From positions 57,625 to 121,624 of the IMG/VR virus record IMGVR_UViG_2904560550_000001: a stretch of 64,000 nucleotides of DNA. One strand, 5' to 3'. The notes below the pieces were generated by a model. It had not been told where the DNA came from. It ran no database searches and saw only the letters and a list, made by a program, of their open reading frames with translations. The DNA comes from a virus. Lineage: Duplodnaviria > Caudoviricetes. Positions 19,963-30,118 of the stretch are shown here, piece after piece (the stretch's first letter is position 1; each line of letters starts with the position of its first letter). Position numbers and translations under genes: made by a program.

Positions 19963-20478
19963 ATGAATCAAGATATTCAGTTTTTAAAAGAGCTTCAGCA
20001 AGAGTTGAAAGATCAAGACAACGACTGTCAAGCTGCACCACGTTTCTGGACAGTTGGTGATTATGAATGGGTCGAAGCTCGAGAGGAAAATGCAGAACGG
20101 TATTCTGTATACCTACCATATATTGCTGAAGCATATGTTTTAGATGATTATTTAGAAGATTTAAAAGAAAGTAGTGAGCTCTCTAAGGAAGCTTTAACAG
20201 AGCTGAAAAAGGACGACTTTGACGATCCTATTGAGTGGATTCAAAAATACATTGATGAAGAAGCAGAATTAATTCCAGAAAGAAAGGTTCACATTGTACG
20301 ACCGGATACAATGTTTTTGACCAAAGAAGAAGCGAAGAGACACATCAAATTGAATAAGCATCATTACACTTCTGAAGCACATACTTACGCAATGACAGCT
20401 TGGAGAGCACCGAAAGTTGAGCGGTTGCTTAACATACTTGAATCCTTTGATTGGAAATCAATAGAGACTTCTAAATAA
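19963..20478 (+). CDS. Hypothetical phage protein
   Basis: AGGAGG RBS; flanked by palindromes. Confidence 0.8.
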   Translation: MNQDIQFLKELQQELKDQDNDCQAAPRFWTVGDYEWVEAREENAERYSVYLPYIAEAYVLDDYLEDLKESSELSKEALTELKKDDFDDPIEWIQKYIDEEAELIPERKVHIVRPDTMFLTKEEAKRHIKLNKHHYTSEAHTYAMTAWRAPKVERLLNILESFDWKSIETSK

Positions 20479-20800
20479 AAGATAGTTATTATTCAAATAC
20501 TCAAGGCAGAGCCTACCGCACCTACAATGCCAGCAAAATCAACTAGTGTTGTTACGTTGCTCATAAAGTCAAAAGAATTGTTTATTAAAAACATAAAATC
20601 AGCCCCTGTAAAAAAATTTAATACTAAGATAAAAAATAATAAGAAGGAGTATTTTATCGCTGGCTTGTTTTTGGTGTAGGAGCAGCCTTGAATATTCGAA
20701 TGTATTACTAATATAGCATAATTTTTACAAATAATCCAATTCTGTCTTACGATCGGAGAGTAAAAATAAAATAGTTATTTTATAGAAGGAGAGGGTGTAG

Positions 20801-21214
20801 ATGGCATCAGGAGAGCAATTGAAAAGAATGAACGACATAAACGATTTGATTAAGCTTATCGCAAGCATTGATAGATGTACTTTCTTCTGTAAGTCAATGA
20901 ATCGCATAGCGTATTTCAGGTTTAAGAAGAAACTGTTTTTCGTTGATGATTACACGGGAGCTGACGTTTACCCATATGAAATGGGATACGGTAGTCCAAA
21001 CGGCTTTTCACATGGAGGCAACATGTGGCAACTGGTCAACAGTTTTAGAAAGTTCATCATAACAGGGAAATTCGGTGAGCTGAGGGATTATAAAGAAATA
21101 TGGGCTTACAGCTATGAAGGATGTATGAAAATCCGTCAGAAGGCAAAAGAAATAGGGTTTATACAGACTGTTGATTATCCTTATAGCTTCGATGAATGGA
21201 TGGAAACTAATTGA
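20801..21214 (+). CDS. Hypothetical phage protein
   Basis: AAGGAG RBS. Confidence 0.75.
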   Translation: MASGEQLKRMNDINDLIKLIASIDRCTFFCKSMNRIAYFRFKKKLFFVDDYTGADVYPYEMGYGSPNGFSHGGNMWQLVNSFRKFIITGKFGELRDYKEIWAYSYEGCMKIRQKAKEIGFIQTVDYPYSFDEWMETN

Positions 21215-21279
21215 TCCATGTACTAAATTTTCATTAAGCTTTAAAGGGCTTGGCATTAAGGAGTTATGTACAGGAGAGA

Positions 21280-22091
21280 TTATACTCTCCAGGATACGAA
21301 GGAAGGTATGCGGAGTTTGCCATGCTTAGTCTTAAATCTGTGCTTAACCTTACATAAGATAGGTTCGATAAATACATATTCATCAGATTCAGACTTTACA
21401 TGTTTCATAGAGTGCAACTTACTTCGTTCCGCGTTCGGCATGAATTCCATAAATCCAGCTGCAGTTCCATCAGGATAAGACAGAAGGAATTTAATATCCT
21501 TCTTCGTGTAGCCGGTTATGAGAACTTCAGTGTAATCATAATTAATCACTTTAAGCCAATTATGCGAACGTTTATTGATCTCATAAGGGGAGTTAGCTTT
21601 CTTGATTACGATTCCCTCTAAATTCTTTTCTTTGGCCAGGTTGAAGTAAGCAAGACCGTTACCTTGAATTCCTTCGATAACACAAACATTTGGATGTTCA
21701 GTTCAAGTGAGTTCAGAACTGTCTTACGCTCAGTGAGCGGCTTAGCTGCTATTGACTGACCGTCTTTGTAAATAACATCAAAGACACAGTAAACGATCTT
21801 ATGGGCTGATTTTTTGGACATGAAACGTTCCATTACAGCTTCAAAGTCAGGAGCACCGCCCGGGGCAGCTACAATAACTTCACCATCGAGTACTGTTCCA
21901 TCTGGGATATCTAAATCCAGGAGTTCAGGAAACTTGCTTGTTACTTCATTATTGTGACGAGTATATAGCTTAATCTGATTATCAAATTTAGAAAGGATCA
22001 GTCTGATTCCATCAAATTTGAGCTCAGTGATATAGTTCTCGTCGTCAAAAGGCTCTTTGATTGAATGCAAAAGCATTGGCGATAAAAACAA
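21280..22091 (-). pseudogene. ligB: ATP-dependent DNA ligase (LigB/YoqV), frameshifted near 21698
   Basis: ELKFDGIR, LDGE and FDV motifs; EGIVIK and WLK motifs lie in the other frame. Confidence 0.85.
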
Positions 22092-22160
22092 AATATCACC
22101 TCCTACTTAGAACATATTAGCTAAGCGAAGGTGATATATAAAGCGATATGGCAGTGGTAC

Positions 22161-22835
22161 TTAATGGGATTGAATGAGCTCAGGTGAATTGTTTTTAGGT
22201 GAATTCACTAAAGATGAAACCTGGTATGCTTCCATGTCATCAGCATCATAAGGCTGCAGTAAGCTTTGTAGATAATCAGGATCAGTATTTTTAGGGTTGA
22301 GCCATTCCTTTTCGTTCTCATCAGTAAGGATAACTGGCATCCGATCATGAATGCCTTCCATAAGCTCATTAGGCTTTGTTGTGATGATTGTGCAAGTGTA
22401 CAAAGGATTGCCTTGTGGTGTGTTCCACTTTTCATATAATCCGGCAAAAGCAAAGAGATTGGATGATTTAAGCTTAATCCGCATAGGAATCTTAGTCTTT
22501 GGATCAAGGCGTTTCCATTCATAAAAACTGTCAGCTGGGATGATACAACGTTTGCTTACGAGTGGCTTTCGAAAGCTGGGTTTCTCGGCCAATGTTTCAG
22601 CACGAGCATTAATCATTTTATAGCCGATCTTTTCGTCTTTAGCCCATGGAGGGATAAGACCCCATCTAAGTTTGCCCAGACGGTTATTAGATCCATCGTT
22701 GATGATTGTCAGGATGTTTTGTGAAGGAGCGACATTATAGCTAGGGTGATACTCACCTTCAGGTAAGAATTGATCTATGTTGAATTGCTCAATAATGTCA
22801 TCAAACTCAGAAAATAAAGTGAACCTGCCACACAT
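22161..22835 (-). CDS. yoqW: SRAP/HMCES abasic-site protein (YoqW)
   Basis: MCGRF N-terminus, INARAET, FYEW, HDRMP. Confidence 0.95.
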   Translation of the reverse strand: MCGRFTLFSEFDDIIEQFNIDQFLPEGEYHPSYNVAPSQNILTIINDGSNNRLGKLRWGLIPPWAKDEKIGYKMINARAETLAEKPSFRKPLVSKRCIIPADSFYEWKRLDPKTKIPMRIKLKSSNLFAFAGLYEKWNTPQGNPLYTCTIITTKPNELMEGIHDRMPVILTDENEKEWLNPKNTDPDYLQSLLQPYDADDMEAYQVSSLVNSPKNNSPELIQSH

Positions 22836-22905
22836 GTTCATCATCCTTTAGGGTTTTTGAATATTGTACAGGCTTGATACACGAAAATCAAAAAGGAGGA
22901 ATGTG

Positions 22906-23127
22906 ATGCAGCAGCCAACAGTTGAGGTTAAAGAAGTAGAAGTGTTGATCAGGGGAGTCTGGAGAAAGAAAAAGTTCACTGACATTCAAAAGGGGCAAAC
23001 CTTTAAGATTGAGGAGAACGGGAATACAAAGAAGTTCATAGCAAGAACAGATCCTTATTGGGATGATATGTATGAGACTTACATAATTGATTTGTTGGAT
23101 AAAAATAAAATTAGAAGAAGTAAGTGA
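22906..23127 (+). CDS. YoqX-like protein
   Basis: AAGGAGG RBS; recalled similarity. Confidence 0.7.
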   Translation: MQQPTVEVKEVEVLIRGVWRKKKFTDIQKGQTFKIEENGNTKKFIARTDPYWDDMYETYIIDLLDKNKIRRSK

Positions 23128-23183
23128 ACAGAAATCTAGATAAAACAGAGATTTTATAAAAATAAAATTAAAAAAGGGGAATT

Positions 23184-24380
23184 TTGATGAGTTATCAATT
23201 TGAAAAGAATAAACTGTACGCATATTTAGGTGAAGAGTTAGTTGAAGCACTTAAAAGGAATGAAGCTATTATTGCAGGTGGGATAATTACAAGTCTATTT
23301 AATAATAAAGAGATAAATGATGTGGATATCTATTTTAGAAGTGATAAAAAAGCATGTTCATTCTTAGAAGAGTGTTGGAATAGCAATGTCTATGTAACTT
23401 CACACACTAAAAAAGCCACGCTGTTTATCAAAAAAGGACTAAAGCTACAAATGATCCACTTTAAATTTTTCTCTGATGCTGAGTCAATTTTCAATACATT
23501 TGATTTTACAGTCTGCATGGGAGCTTTTGATTTTAAGACAGAAGCTTTTACTCTACATGAAGATTTTTTGAAACATAACTCGCAGAGAATTTTAAAGTTT
23601 AATAGCCAAACTGCTTTTCCAATTGTCTCATTGTTAAGAGTGCAAAAATACACAGATAAAGAATACACAATTTCTAAGCCAGAATTCATTCGTATTGTGT
23701 TAACATGCATGGACTTAACCATTAATACATATGAAGAATTGAAAGATCAAATGGGAGGTATGTATGGGATAAACTATGACAAATTGTTCGAAGACGAAAA
23801 AGAAGAAGACTTTAACCTACAAGAAGCTGTAGACAAAATTGCGGACATGGTTTTAGACGAAGATTACTTTAAAGAGCCGGTTAATTTAGAGTTTAATGAC
23901 TTAGACGATCTTTTAAATGACATTAATAAGAGTCCAGTTATGACGTTGAAGATTAATGGTGATCAGTACAGAATTGGTCTTGATGGATTTCTAAAAGAAT
24001 GTGTATCAGCGCCATGTACTGAAATTAAGTTAGATACAAAGGATTTTTTTGATAAAACTAATTTCTATAAATTTGTAAGAAAACAGAACGGAAAATTGAC
24101 GAGCTTCTATGACAAGAACTTTGAGTATGTGATTGGAGAAGAAGCTAAAGCGGAAGGAGTTATAAATAGTTGGTCGAACAGCGGAAGGTTATTTTTTAAT
24201 GAAAAGGCAGCGATCGGACAATCAACTTACTATGGAAAGGAAGACGGAGTACTTATTGAAGTAAATATTAACGAGAAGGATTTTGTAGATGTGAAAGATG
24301 GTAGAGTTGAGGCCACATCATGTCACGTAATTAGAGAAGTTCCAAAAGAAGAATGGAAACGATACATAAGAGCCAGTTAA
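23184..24380 (+). CDS. gad2: Nucleotidyltransferase-fold protein, probable anti-Gabija Gad2
   Basis: AGG...DVD and FDF motifs; about 400 aa; directly upstream of the gad1-like gene. Confidence 0.7.
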   Translation: MMSYQFEKNKLYAYLGEELVEALKRNEAIIAGGIITSLFNNKEINDVDIYFRSDKKACSFLEECWNSNVYVTSHTKKATLFIKKGLKLQMIHFKFFSDAESIFNTFDFTVCMGAFDFKTEAFTLHEDFLKHNSQRILKFNSQTAFPIVSLLRVQKYTDKEYTISKPEFIRIVLTCMDLTINTYEELKDQMGGMYGINYDKLFEDEKEEDFNLQEAVDKIADMVLDEDYFKEPVNLEFNDLDDLLNDINKSPVMTLKINGDQYRIGLDGFLKECVSAPCTEIKLDTKDFFDKTNFYKFVRKQNGKLTSFYDKNFEYVIGEEAKAEGVINSWSNSGRLFFNEKAAIGQSTYYGKEDGVLIEVNINEKDFVDVKDGRVEATSCHVIREVPKEEWKRYIRAS

Positions 24381-24435
24381 ATCTAAAAAAAGGTTTTATA
24401 AGGATAAAAATAAAATTAAAAAAAGGGGAATTTTC

Positions 24436-25323
24436 ATGAAACTGATTGGTATTAAAACAAATAACTGTTTTTTGGTGTCTGACAACATTCAAGGCAGCAG
24501 CTATTTCCATAGTCAATTAGAGGGATTGCTTTTCGATGGGAAACGAGCAACTGCAACGTATAAATCAGACTGGTTTAAGCTAGAAAAGGAACCAAGTGTT
24601 ATTGAAAAGCAAATGCCACCTATAAAAATTAACCATAGATATGAATTAAAAGAAGGATTCCAGGAATCTGAATTAACTCCAAAAGTAATTAATGCTTCTT
24701 ACATAGGTGAAGAAAGTGAATACTATGAAGTGAAGGGTTTATATGATTTGAAATTTGAAGAAGTCCCACAACAGAATCAAAAAATTGAGTTTGAAATGAA
24801 TGTAATTGAAGAAATTGACGGAGAACTTAAGCTACAAAGTCATAATTTTAACTTGAATTATAACTTACTGGATAGAATTCAAACTCATCCAATGCTTCTT
24901 GAAACAAAGCCGTGTTACTTGTCCCATGAAGAAAGCTATAAGATTATCAGAAACCATATAAAAGCCAATATAAACCCTAAATTTGCAAGAATCACGAGTG
25001 ATTATGATTTCTGTTTTACTGTGGTCAAGGTTCTGGAGCTTTACAAACCTCACGAGTATGTAGTTGATCTTAATGCAATGTACAAACGGAGAAAGCCTAA
25101 ACTTGAGAAAAGATTTCAAACAAAGCGGGAAGTTGAAATTTACAATGTTGCACCTAAAGCCTATCAGAGATACCCAATTGTAGAGCCTTTTAGTGGTAAA
25201 GACGTTGAGGATTTGAAGAGTAATATTAAGAAATTTTTATATGATCTGATGGCTAAAATCAACGAGCCTTTAGTCGAATGTAAATGCTGCAAAGGAAGAG
25301 GGGTTATTTTAAATGAAAATTAA
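24436..25323 (+). CDS. gad1: Anti-Gabija protein Gad1
   Basis: 295 aa, MKLIGIKT start, C-terminal CKCC (C282-C285) matching recalled phi3T Gad1. Confidence 0.85.
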   Translation: MKLIGIKTNNCFLVSDNIQGSSYFHSQLEGLLFDGKRATATYKSDWFKLEKEPSVIEKQMPPIKINHRYELKEGFQESELTPKVINASYIGEESEYYEVKGLYDLKFEEVPQQNQKIEFEMNVIEEIDGELKLQSHNFNLNYNLLDRIQTHPMLLETKPCYLSHEESYKIIRNHIKANINPKFARITSDYDFCFTVVKVLELYKPHEYVVDLNAMYKRRKPKLEKRFQTKREVEIYNVAPKAYQRYPIVEPFSGKDVEDLKSNIKKFLYDLMAKINEPLVECKCCKGRGVILNEN

Positions 25324-25585
25324 ATTGGACAAAGATTACATGGTAAATGAATTGGGACTGCCGGAATCCTCAATTTTAGAAGAAATCGCTGACACGTCTA
25401 GGTGGAGCATTCACTATAGAATTGTGTTCTCATATCAGGGTCGCTTTTTTGAAACTTTCTATAGCAAAGTCGCAACTGAAAACCAGTATGAAAGCCCTTG
25501 GGAATTTGAAGATCAAGTGGATTGTTATGAAGTGGAGTTAAAAGAAGTGAAGGTTAGAAAATGGATAAGAAAAGAATCTCAATAA
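25313..25585 (+). CDS. Hypothetical phage protein
   Basis: Overlaps the gad1 end; RBS. Confidence 0.75.
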   Translation: MKIKLDKDYMVNELGLPESSILEEIADTSRWSIHYRIVFSYQGRFFETFYSKVATENQYESPWEFEDQVDCYEVELKEVKVRKWIRKESQ

Positions 25586-25618
25586 AAACGATATTTTACA
25601 GAAAGAGGAGGAGTGAAA

Positions 25619-25762
25619 ATGTTTACCTGCTTCTGCAACGAATGTGAAAAAGTAATCGAAAAAGATGAAGTTGATTATGAGGTTGACGTGGTAGAAGGGC
25701 CTTGGGAAGGAGATTGGGAACACGTGCATTTAGAATGCGGTAGTATTGTGTCTTGGATTTAA
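25619..25762 (+). CDS. 47-aa acidic Cys/His microprotein (not in ORF track)
   Basis: GAGGAGGAG RBS; MFTCFCNECEKVIEKDEV...HLECGSIVSWI. Confidence 0.7.
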   Translation: MFTCFCNECEKVIEKDEVDYEVDVVEGPWEGDWEHVHLECGSIVSWI

Positions 25763-25875
25763 CTTGTATGTCTAAATAAAATCAATTTTTTATTTAAGGG
25801 GGTGATAACAATGTGAGTTACCTATGTGATTTGAGTTTTAAGAATAAAACAAAAATAAAAAGGAGTGGTTATTAA

Positions 25876-26700
25876 TTGTTGAGGATTAAAAACAGAATAG
25901 AGGAAATGTTAAAAAAGATTGATGAGGCAGAGAGGGTTTGCTATGACGGGCGCTCCCAACTCTGCATGCATCGTATCACTACGAAGCTATTAAAGTGTAT
26001 CACAGTTAAGAAGACTTTTCCAGTCCTGGTGACTGCTCTGGTTTCATTCCTTAATCCAGTGAGTATTTTAGCAGCGGACAAGTATCGGAACTTTGAAGAG
26101 CTTAAAGCGAATGAATCACCGTTCAATTTCAGCGTATTCTCAAAAGAGCAAGACACTGATGTATTAATTCTTGCTCCCCATGGAGGTGGTATAGAAGGGG
26201 GAACAAGCGAGCTTGCAAAGGAATTAAGCGAAACATACTCTACATATCTTTTTGAAGCTTTAAAGACACCAGGAGCATTTGATTTACATTTAACCAGTAC
26301 GAATTTTGATGAACCACAAGCACTTGAAATGTTGAAGGAACATGAGTTCACATTGTCACTTCACGGTTATGCAAGTAATGACCAACATGTTTTAGTTGGA
26401 GGCACAGATCGGGACAAAGCTGAAGCGATAACAAACACATTAAATAATGCCGGTTACTCTGCAGAGCTTCTTGATGCAGGAACAAGGTTATCAGGTAGTA
26501 GCCCGAATAATGTTGCCAATAAAAATAAAACAGGAAAGAGTATTCAACTTGAGTTAAGCACTGGATTACGTAAATCAATGTTTAACACCTTTTCTCTAAA
26601 AGGACGCTCAGGCACAAGAAATGAGAACTTTTATAACTTCATTGACACTCTGTCACGGTTTATCAATGGGAATGTAGAAGGGAAGGGTTTGGCAACATGA
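25876..26700 (+). CDS. pghZ: Poly-gamma-glutamate hydrolase (YoqZ/PghZ)
   Basis: APHGGGIEGGTSE, HLTST.FDEP, SLHG, QLE. Confidence 0.92.
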   Translation: MLRIKNRIEEMLKKIDEAERVCYDGRSQLCMHRITTKLLKCITVKKTFPVLVTALVSFLNPVSILAADKYRNFEELKANESPFNFSVFSKEQDTDVLILAPHGGGIEGGTSELAKELSETYSTYLFEALKTPGAFDLHLTSTNFDEPQALEMLKEHEFTLSLHGYASNDQHVLVGGTDRDKAEAITNTLNNAGYSAELLDAGTRLSGSSPNNVANKNKTGKSIQLELSTGLRKSMFNTFSLKGRSGTRNENFYNFIDTLSRFINGNVEGKGLAT

Positions 26701-28439
26701 ACATGCAGCAGCCCTTATACTATTCTGTTGATGCTCTGGATTGGGGAATTGATGATAAAGGGTCAAATGCTATTGAAACGACAGAAGGGATAAACCGAGC
26801 TTTAAAGTACGCAAGCTCAAAATCATTCTATAAAGTACATATACCAAAAGGTACCTATCTAATTGATGCTGTGAATACATCAAGGCGGCTGCCTGAATTC
26901 GGCGGAGGTATTAATATTCCTTCGAATATTGAGTTAATACTTCATCCAGAGGCTGTATTTAAAGTGCAGCCTAATGATTCTCAAGGCTATTCCTGTTTCT
27001 ATATCGGTCAAGCGAGTAATGTAACGATTCGAGGCGGTCAAATTATAGGGGATCGATATGAGCACGATTATTCAAAGATCGAATCAGTTAAGAAGACACA
27101 TGAATGGGGATATGGAATTCATGTTCATGGTAGCAGTAATGTGTTAATTGAAAATGTACAGGTCTCTGACTGTATTGGAGATAACATTTGGATTGCAGCT
27201 GATGGGATGATGAACACTTCAGGAACATATACGCCTTCAAAGAATGTAACCGTTCGAAAGTGCACTCTCTTAAGAGGGAGAAGAAATAACCTAGCTACCA
27301 ATGGTTGTGAAGGTCTTCTTGTAGACGACTGTGATATAGAGGAAGCTGGGGGAGATACAATTGGGCCGCAATTAGGAATTGATTTAGAGGGTTTTGGAGA
27401 AAACGGAATTAAATACGATCACCCGTATAAATTAACTGTGCGAAACTGCAGGTTTAAAAACAACGGACGTGGATCGGTTACAGCTCACACAAGTGGTAAG
27501 GTAATCATTGAGGGAAACTACAGCGACAATGTTATTTCTTACGGATTCAGCACTGATGTCAGTATTAAAAACAACAAGATTATCAATGATGCAGAGACTA
27601 AGAAATACGGAATTGACTCGGTTGGTGTATCAAGTACGGAATCCGGAAACAGAGTTCAAATTGAGGGCAATACGGTAAGAGGGTTTGAAATAGGAATTTG
27701 CGCAAGAGGAAAAGGCGTGTCGATATCAAATAATACTCTAGAAGGGATAAAGGCATGTCCAATTGCAACACATCAGGCAGAAGATGTATTAATCACAGAT
27801 AACAGAATAGAGAACAGTGACTGCATTCAAGTCCAGGTTAGAAACTCAAATGATGTAAGGGTTGTGAACAACAAAGGGAAAGGAACAATCTCAGCATATG
27901 CTGTAAAGATAATGGACTCTACCCGGATCAGTCTAATTAATAATGAATTTGTAAATGTGTACGGAGGAATTTATTGCGAAAGGTCTCAGTCAGTTCGTTT
28001 AAAGGGGAATGACTTATTGTTAAACGGAAGTGGATACGGCATCTTCTGGGATAAGGACTCTTCTGTCTCGCTGCAACGAAATGAAATTCATGAGCCTAGA
28101 AACGTTGCAATTAAAGGTACTCCTGAGAAGTACAGTTGTCAAATTAGTGAGAATCAGATTTATTTCTGTAAAGCATTAATCGCTATTCAACTGACTGGTG
28201 GATCAGAACACATGCTGAAGGATAATGAGATTATGTTTAATCGTTCAACAGACCAGGGATATGGAGTGTATTTGGAGAATACGGACAAAGTACGGCTTGT
28301 AAGAAACGATGTGCGGGGAATTGGAGGCAAGTTATTATCTCACCCTTATTGCACAGATAAAGCAAAGAATACAACGTTAATTCATAACACATATGATAGT
28401 GGAACGCTGAAGACAGCAGAAGGAGATATTGTAGTCTAA
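26697..28439 (+). CDS. yorA: Right-handed beta-helix (pectin lyase-like) protein, YorA-like
   Basis: IPKGTY, HEWGYGI and parallel beta-helix repeats; synteny. Confidence 0.85.
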   Translation: MNMQQPLYYSVDALDWGIDDKGSNAIETTEGINRALKYASSKSFYKVHIPKGTYLIDAVNTSRRLPEFGGGINIPSNIELILHPEAVFKVQPNDSQGYSCFYIGQASNVTIRGGQIIGDRYEHDYSKIESVKKTHEWGYGIHVHGSSNVLIENVQVSDCIGDNIWIAADGMMNTSGTYTPSKNVTVRKCTLLRGRRNNLATNGCEGLLVDDCDIEEAGGDTIGPQLGIDLEGFGENGIKYDHPYKLTVRNCRFKNNGRGSVTAHTSGKVIIEGNYSDNVISYGFSTDVSIKNNKIINDAETKKYGIDSVGVSSTESGNRVQIEGNTVRGFEIGICARGKGVSISNNTLEGIKACPIATHQAEDVLITDNRIENSDCIQVQVRNSNDVRVVNNKGKGTISAYAVKIMDSTRISLINNEFVNVYGGIYCERSQSVRLKGNDLLLNGSGYGIFWDKDSSVSLQRNEIHEPRNVAIKGTPEKYSCQISENQIYFCKALIAIQLTGGSEHMLKDNEIMFNRSTDQGYGVYLENTDKVRLVRNDVRGIGGKLLSHPYCTDKAKNTTLIHNTYDSGTLKTAEGDIVV

Positions 28440-28462
28440 ATAAAATTGTAGTTTTAACAAGA

Positions 28463-29194
28463 TTGGGAGATGGTTTATTGAAGTATGAAACAACATTTGC
28501 TGTAAGCGATATTCATGGCGAGTATGAAAAGTTTATTGAGTTACTGGGACATTGGGATCCTGATTCAATGAATCTAATTATTATGGGTGATTTAATTGAT
28601 AGGGGTAACGATTCACTCAAGGTTGTTCAGAAAGCCATGCAGCTTAAGCAAGATTATAGTGAGCAAGTAGTTGTTTTAAAAGGTAACCATGAAGATATGT
28701 TAATGATGTTTTTAAAAGAACGTGATTATGGGACAGGCTCCTGGTATTTCAATAATGGTGGGAATAAAACATACGAAAGCTTTATTGAAGAAGCTGACAC
28801 GTATTTTCACAGTTATGAAGTTAAAGCACATAAAATGTCTCTTAAAACAAATGAGATTGAATTTATTAAAGACTTACCCTTGTTTCAAGAAGTCGGGAAT
28901 GTCCTTTTTGTTCATGCTGGTATCAATCCTTTCATGTCCGATTGGAAACAAGGAGGTGCAAAAGATTTTCTTTGGACAAGAGGCCATTGGAATCACAAAA
29001 ATGAAACAAATAAACACATTGTGTTTGGACATACTCCTACTCAATTTATGCATAACAGTCAAACAAATAATAATGTTTGGATCAGTAATTGTGGAACGAA
29101 CATAGCAATTGATGGTGGAGCTGTTTTTGGCGGTCAATTAAATGGTCTTGTTATAGATAAAAACGGAAAAATTCTAAACACAATTAGTGTATAG
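28463..29194 (+). CDS. Ser/Thr phosphatase-like metallophosphoesterase
   Basis: SDIHG, GDLIDRG, GNHE, VHAG, FGHTP. Confidence 0.92.
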   Translation: MGDGLLKYETTFAVSDIHGEYEKFIELLGHWDPDSMNLIIMGDLIDRGNDSLKVVQKAMQLKQDYSEQVVVLKGNHEDMLMMFLKERDYGTGSWYFNNGGNKTYESFIEEADTYFHSYEVKAHKMSLKTNEIEFIKDLPLFQEVGNVLFVHAGINPFMSDWKQGGAKDFLWTRGHWNHKNETNKHIVFGHTPTQFMHNSQTNNNVWISNCGTNIAIDGGAVFGGQLNGLVIDKNGKILNTISV

Positions 29195-29216
29195 TCTGAA
29201 CAATGGAGATGGATAT

Positions 29217-29594
29217 ATGACCAATATTTTAAGCAAAGATCAAGATGAAGCAATCCGGTATTTCAAGAACAAGCTGAACATATCTGAAAAACTGTACATA
29301 TCCCTAATTAATTTTAATCTGCTTAGAGATAAACACGAAAACTTTGGTAATAGACTATATGAGCTTTATAAAACAGATCCTTATCTGTATATCAAAGCGC
29401 TCAAAGAAGGTTACGTGGTTGATCAGCCAATTGAATTTAATGAAGCAATTGTGCGGTTCTATGATGGTGAAGAACTTGCTGTAATTCATAAGACCACTGG
29501 GAAAAGATATAATGTGAATGTAAAAATGAAAGAGCTTCCTGACGGTTTTACGCTGCAAACAATGAACATGTGGTCATGGAGTGAAGTTGTTTAA
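29217..29594 (+). CDS. YorC-like protein
   Basis: GGAG RBS; recalled similarity. Confidence 0.7.
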   Translation: MTNILSKDQDEAIRYFKNKLNISEKLYISLINFNLLRDKHENFGNRLYELYKTDPYLYIKALKEGYVVDQPIEFNEAIVRFYDGEELAVIHKTTGKRYNVNVKMKELPDGFTLQTMNMWSWSEVV

Positions 29595-29698
29595 TTTTAT
29601 GAATTTTCACTTGTTTTGATTTGTCATGTTGCTAAGTGGGTACAATTAAGGATGAGAAGGGAAAGGTTCTCTCATAATAATGTTAAGGGGTGTTTAAT

Positions 29699-29866
29699 GT
29701 GTTGGTATATGAATATGGCAGAACGAAGCAAGAAGCTCTGTCTAACCTATGTAGAAAAATGATCCGTGAGTACCCAGATGAAACTTTCACAACGGACTTT
29801 GCAAAAGTTTCTGATTACGGTAATGAAGGATCAGATAAGAGATACGTAGCTGAATTTCGGGTATAG
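29699..29866 (+). CDS. 55-aa hypothetical protein (not in ORF track)
   Basis: AAGGGG RBS, GTG start, hairpin at about 29882-29907. Confidence 0.5.
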   Translation: MLVYEYGRTKQEALSNLCRKMIREYPDETFTTDFAKVSDYGNEGSDKRYVAEFRV

Positions 29867-30056
29867 GATAGTTTGTTATACAGAAGCGCCTAAGCAAAGG
29901 TGCTTCTTAACTCTCGATATGATTTTATAAAATTACGCTGTTGGGGGTGGAAACAAGAAAATCATTCTTCAGATGCAGTCTGTACCCCAATTGATAAAGA
30001 TACTCAGCAGAAGAGAGAACTTTTTAAAACCTTTTAGAATAAAAATAAAATAGTTA

Positions 30057-30085
30057 TTGACCATCCCTTTTTAATGATGTAAGAT
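30057..30085 (+). promoter_or_regulatory. Replication operon promoter
   Basis: TTGACC-17bp-TAAGAT after a repeat copy. Confidence 0.7.
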
Positions 30086-30118
30086 TAAGTTATCCCAAAG
30101 AGAGAAAGGAGGAAAGAG

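Noticed and set aside
22109-22123. LexA box upstream of ligB
   Set aside because: Only the GAAC half matches (AGAAC-ATAT-TAGCT).
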